Assembly (NCBI GenBank): GCA_963758525.1
Contig: CAVWVQ010000003.1
Span: forward strand, 2,624,001-2,688,000
Direction of reading: 5' to 3'
Length of the DNA: 64,000 bases
DNA from: an uncultured Phycisphaerales bacterium
GTDB taxonomy: Bacteria; Planctomycetota; Phycisphaerae; Tepidisphaerales; Tepidisphaeraceae
How positions within the stretch are numbered: position 1 is the stretch's first letter; every line of letters begins with the position of its first letter. Shown here piece after piece: positions 63,601-64,000 of this stretch. A model generated the notes under the pieces. That model was not told where the DNA came from. It did not search any database and saw only the letters and a program-made list of their open reading frames with translations. The translations under genes were made by a program, and so were the position numbers.

Positions 63601-64000
63601 GCGTCGCCAACGGCAACGCATTTACCATCCAGCTATCCAGTTTGACGGGAAACCAGACGACGCCGACCGCCACGACCGGATTTGATGCCACCAAGAGCTA
63701 TAGCTGGATCATCGGAACCGTGAGCAGCATCAGCCTGAATGGGGCGGCCAACCTTCCCGTCACCACCAATACCGACACGAAACTGATTACCGGCGTAAAC
63801 ACCGATCTGTTCGCTCTCGATACATCCGGCTTCAACCTTGGAACGGCCGGCAACGCGCTTCCGAGCGGAGCCCCCGGATTTGAACTCGACGCAATCGGCA
63901 CCGGCAGCGGTGATAATATCGTGCTGAGCTATGAGGCCGCGCCCGAGCCGGGCACTGCGATGCTAGTTCTCGCCGGGGGTTTGCCAACGCTAATCGCACG
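60675..64000 (+). CDS. Large autotransporter-associated beta-strand repeat protein with PEP-CTERM anchor (runs off the window; absent from the ORF track)
   Basis: ATG 60675 after GGAG; signal-like AAAAAAIASV; TKTGAGSLTLSGPNTYTG repeats; ends APEPGTAMLVLAGGLPTLIAR. Confidence 0.88.
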   Translation, partial: MQNRNEVIGGRTISRTLRRRQKATRRMPLAAAAAAAIASVFHSGMAKANTADNVTNGQSDLGASGTYGGGSPTTSSDVTFTNVTYSPTAFTLNTNAANPNIGTLDDLDATQTLTIQNTTSGSTTTITLNGGSNSTASPANAADLLYVASGGTLSMGTAGAGTLGLALASSGNFDIAGTANVTSAISGSGFGFTKTGAGSLTLSGPNTYTGNTGVAMGNTTGLNTSSILNLSYAANQTNIINNAANSSALILGGSLTSDATTVLGGGRLTLTGVATSTNTQSFNGMTVGTGGNNIVFANNATANTIALNVGAISRTVGGTLHITQPTGTVSASNGVATTTGTASTILTDANGTAYATVGGTAAAAGDWAAKDATNGFIVGGSTLGGFYTTATSAATFSGNADVTTGFTATAGTTVASIRMNNNTAQTLNINSSGNTTVSTGGILFGSTGNSVITGTVTAKLIAGAGKELVFINTSTGTPQINAVIGDSTSGASSVTYRALQLTSGNGQFQVGSAGNTYTGNTYIESGRVQTAVSTAFGTGAGANVYIDGNTNGQAYLVGGTYANHFYLVGNGWNESGGPYGALRLQGATVSGQVTLLGNATISDQGGTGTISNVIDDGGNAYALTVNGGNTLNLNNVNTYTGGTTLNAGTLVFGNASAFGNGTVTLAAGTLKAGGSGFTLANNVSVTGGAILDMAGNNVGISGNISGATALNVATSSLTPTTLALNGNNSGYSGTVTFANRDAVSFNSASAGSAAAAWVFNDPAGDRVRINIGNATINFGSISGSGQMQNDTGNSTSIVSVGALGTSTTFGGTLKNNGTGILALTKVGNGTLTLTGAGNTYSGGTTISSGTLRANVAAATGTSAVTVSAGVSGNYTGGVLGGSGTVGAVALGAANTTAKQGGIITAGADGSTAGKLTTGAETWNGGAVYNWKVTNAGTGVTGAPTKTSAQTGGNSTTWDDLAIGGALTVGSSGSPISVANGNAFTIQLSSLTGNQTTPTATTGFDATKSYSWIIGTVSSISLNGAANLPVTTNTDTKLITGVNTDLFALDTSGFNLGTAGNALPSGAPGFELDAIGTGSGDNIVLSYEAAPEPGTAMLVLAGGLPTLIA

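Overview
GC-rich bacterial DNA. The markers (DUF1800/DUF1501, LExRxLL leader, prepilin/DUF1559-type genes, GYDLRATPxRCPECG membrane protein, PEP-CTERM autotransporter-repeat protein) suggest a planctomycete, probably Phycisphaerae (inference). Layout: (1) 1-3.4 kb, the tail of a PolA-encoding integrated element plus a HEPN gene pair; (2) ~8.6-24 kb and ~29.3-53.9 kb, two defence/conflict-rich accessory blocks (Mrr-STAND-HEAT, NDT-like, ARPP-1, WYL regulator, RecB-like nuclease-helicase, HNH-like, Type I RM, GmrSD-like, HEPNs, alarmone hydrolase, Mrr, GH19 effector, IS5, a MITE), separated by an alpha-2-macroglobulin gene; (3) 54-64 kb, an ECF sigma/FecR/prepilin/PEP-CTERM locus. Main signals: an 18-bp palindrome (consensus CTGACA-N6-TGTCAG) found 8 times in intergenic DNA across the islands, often exactly 10 bp ahead of a -10-like hexamer, suggesting a WYL-controlled defence regulon; an in-frame HsdR::HsdM fusion joined at a GGCTAC microhomology; and an orphan ComB-QueD-PdxH-glycosyltransferase operon. 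Several frameshifts and nonsense codons may be real decay or assembly errors. All family calls come from motif recognition by eye; no searches were run.
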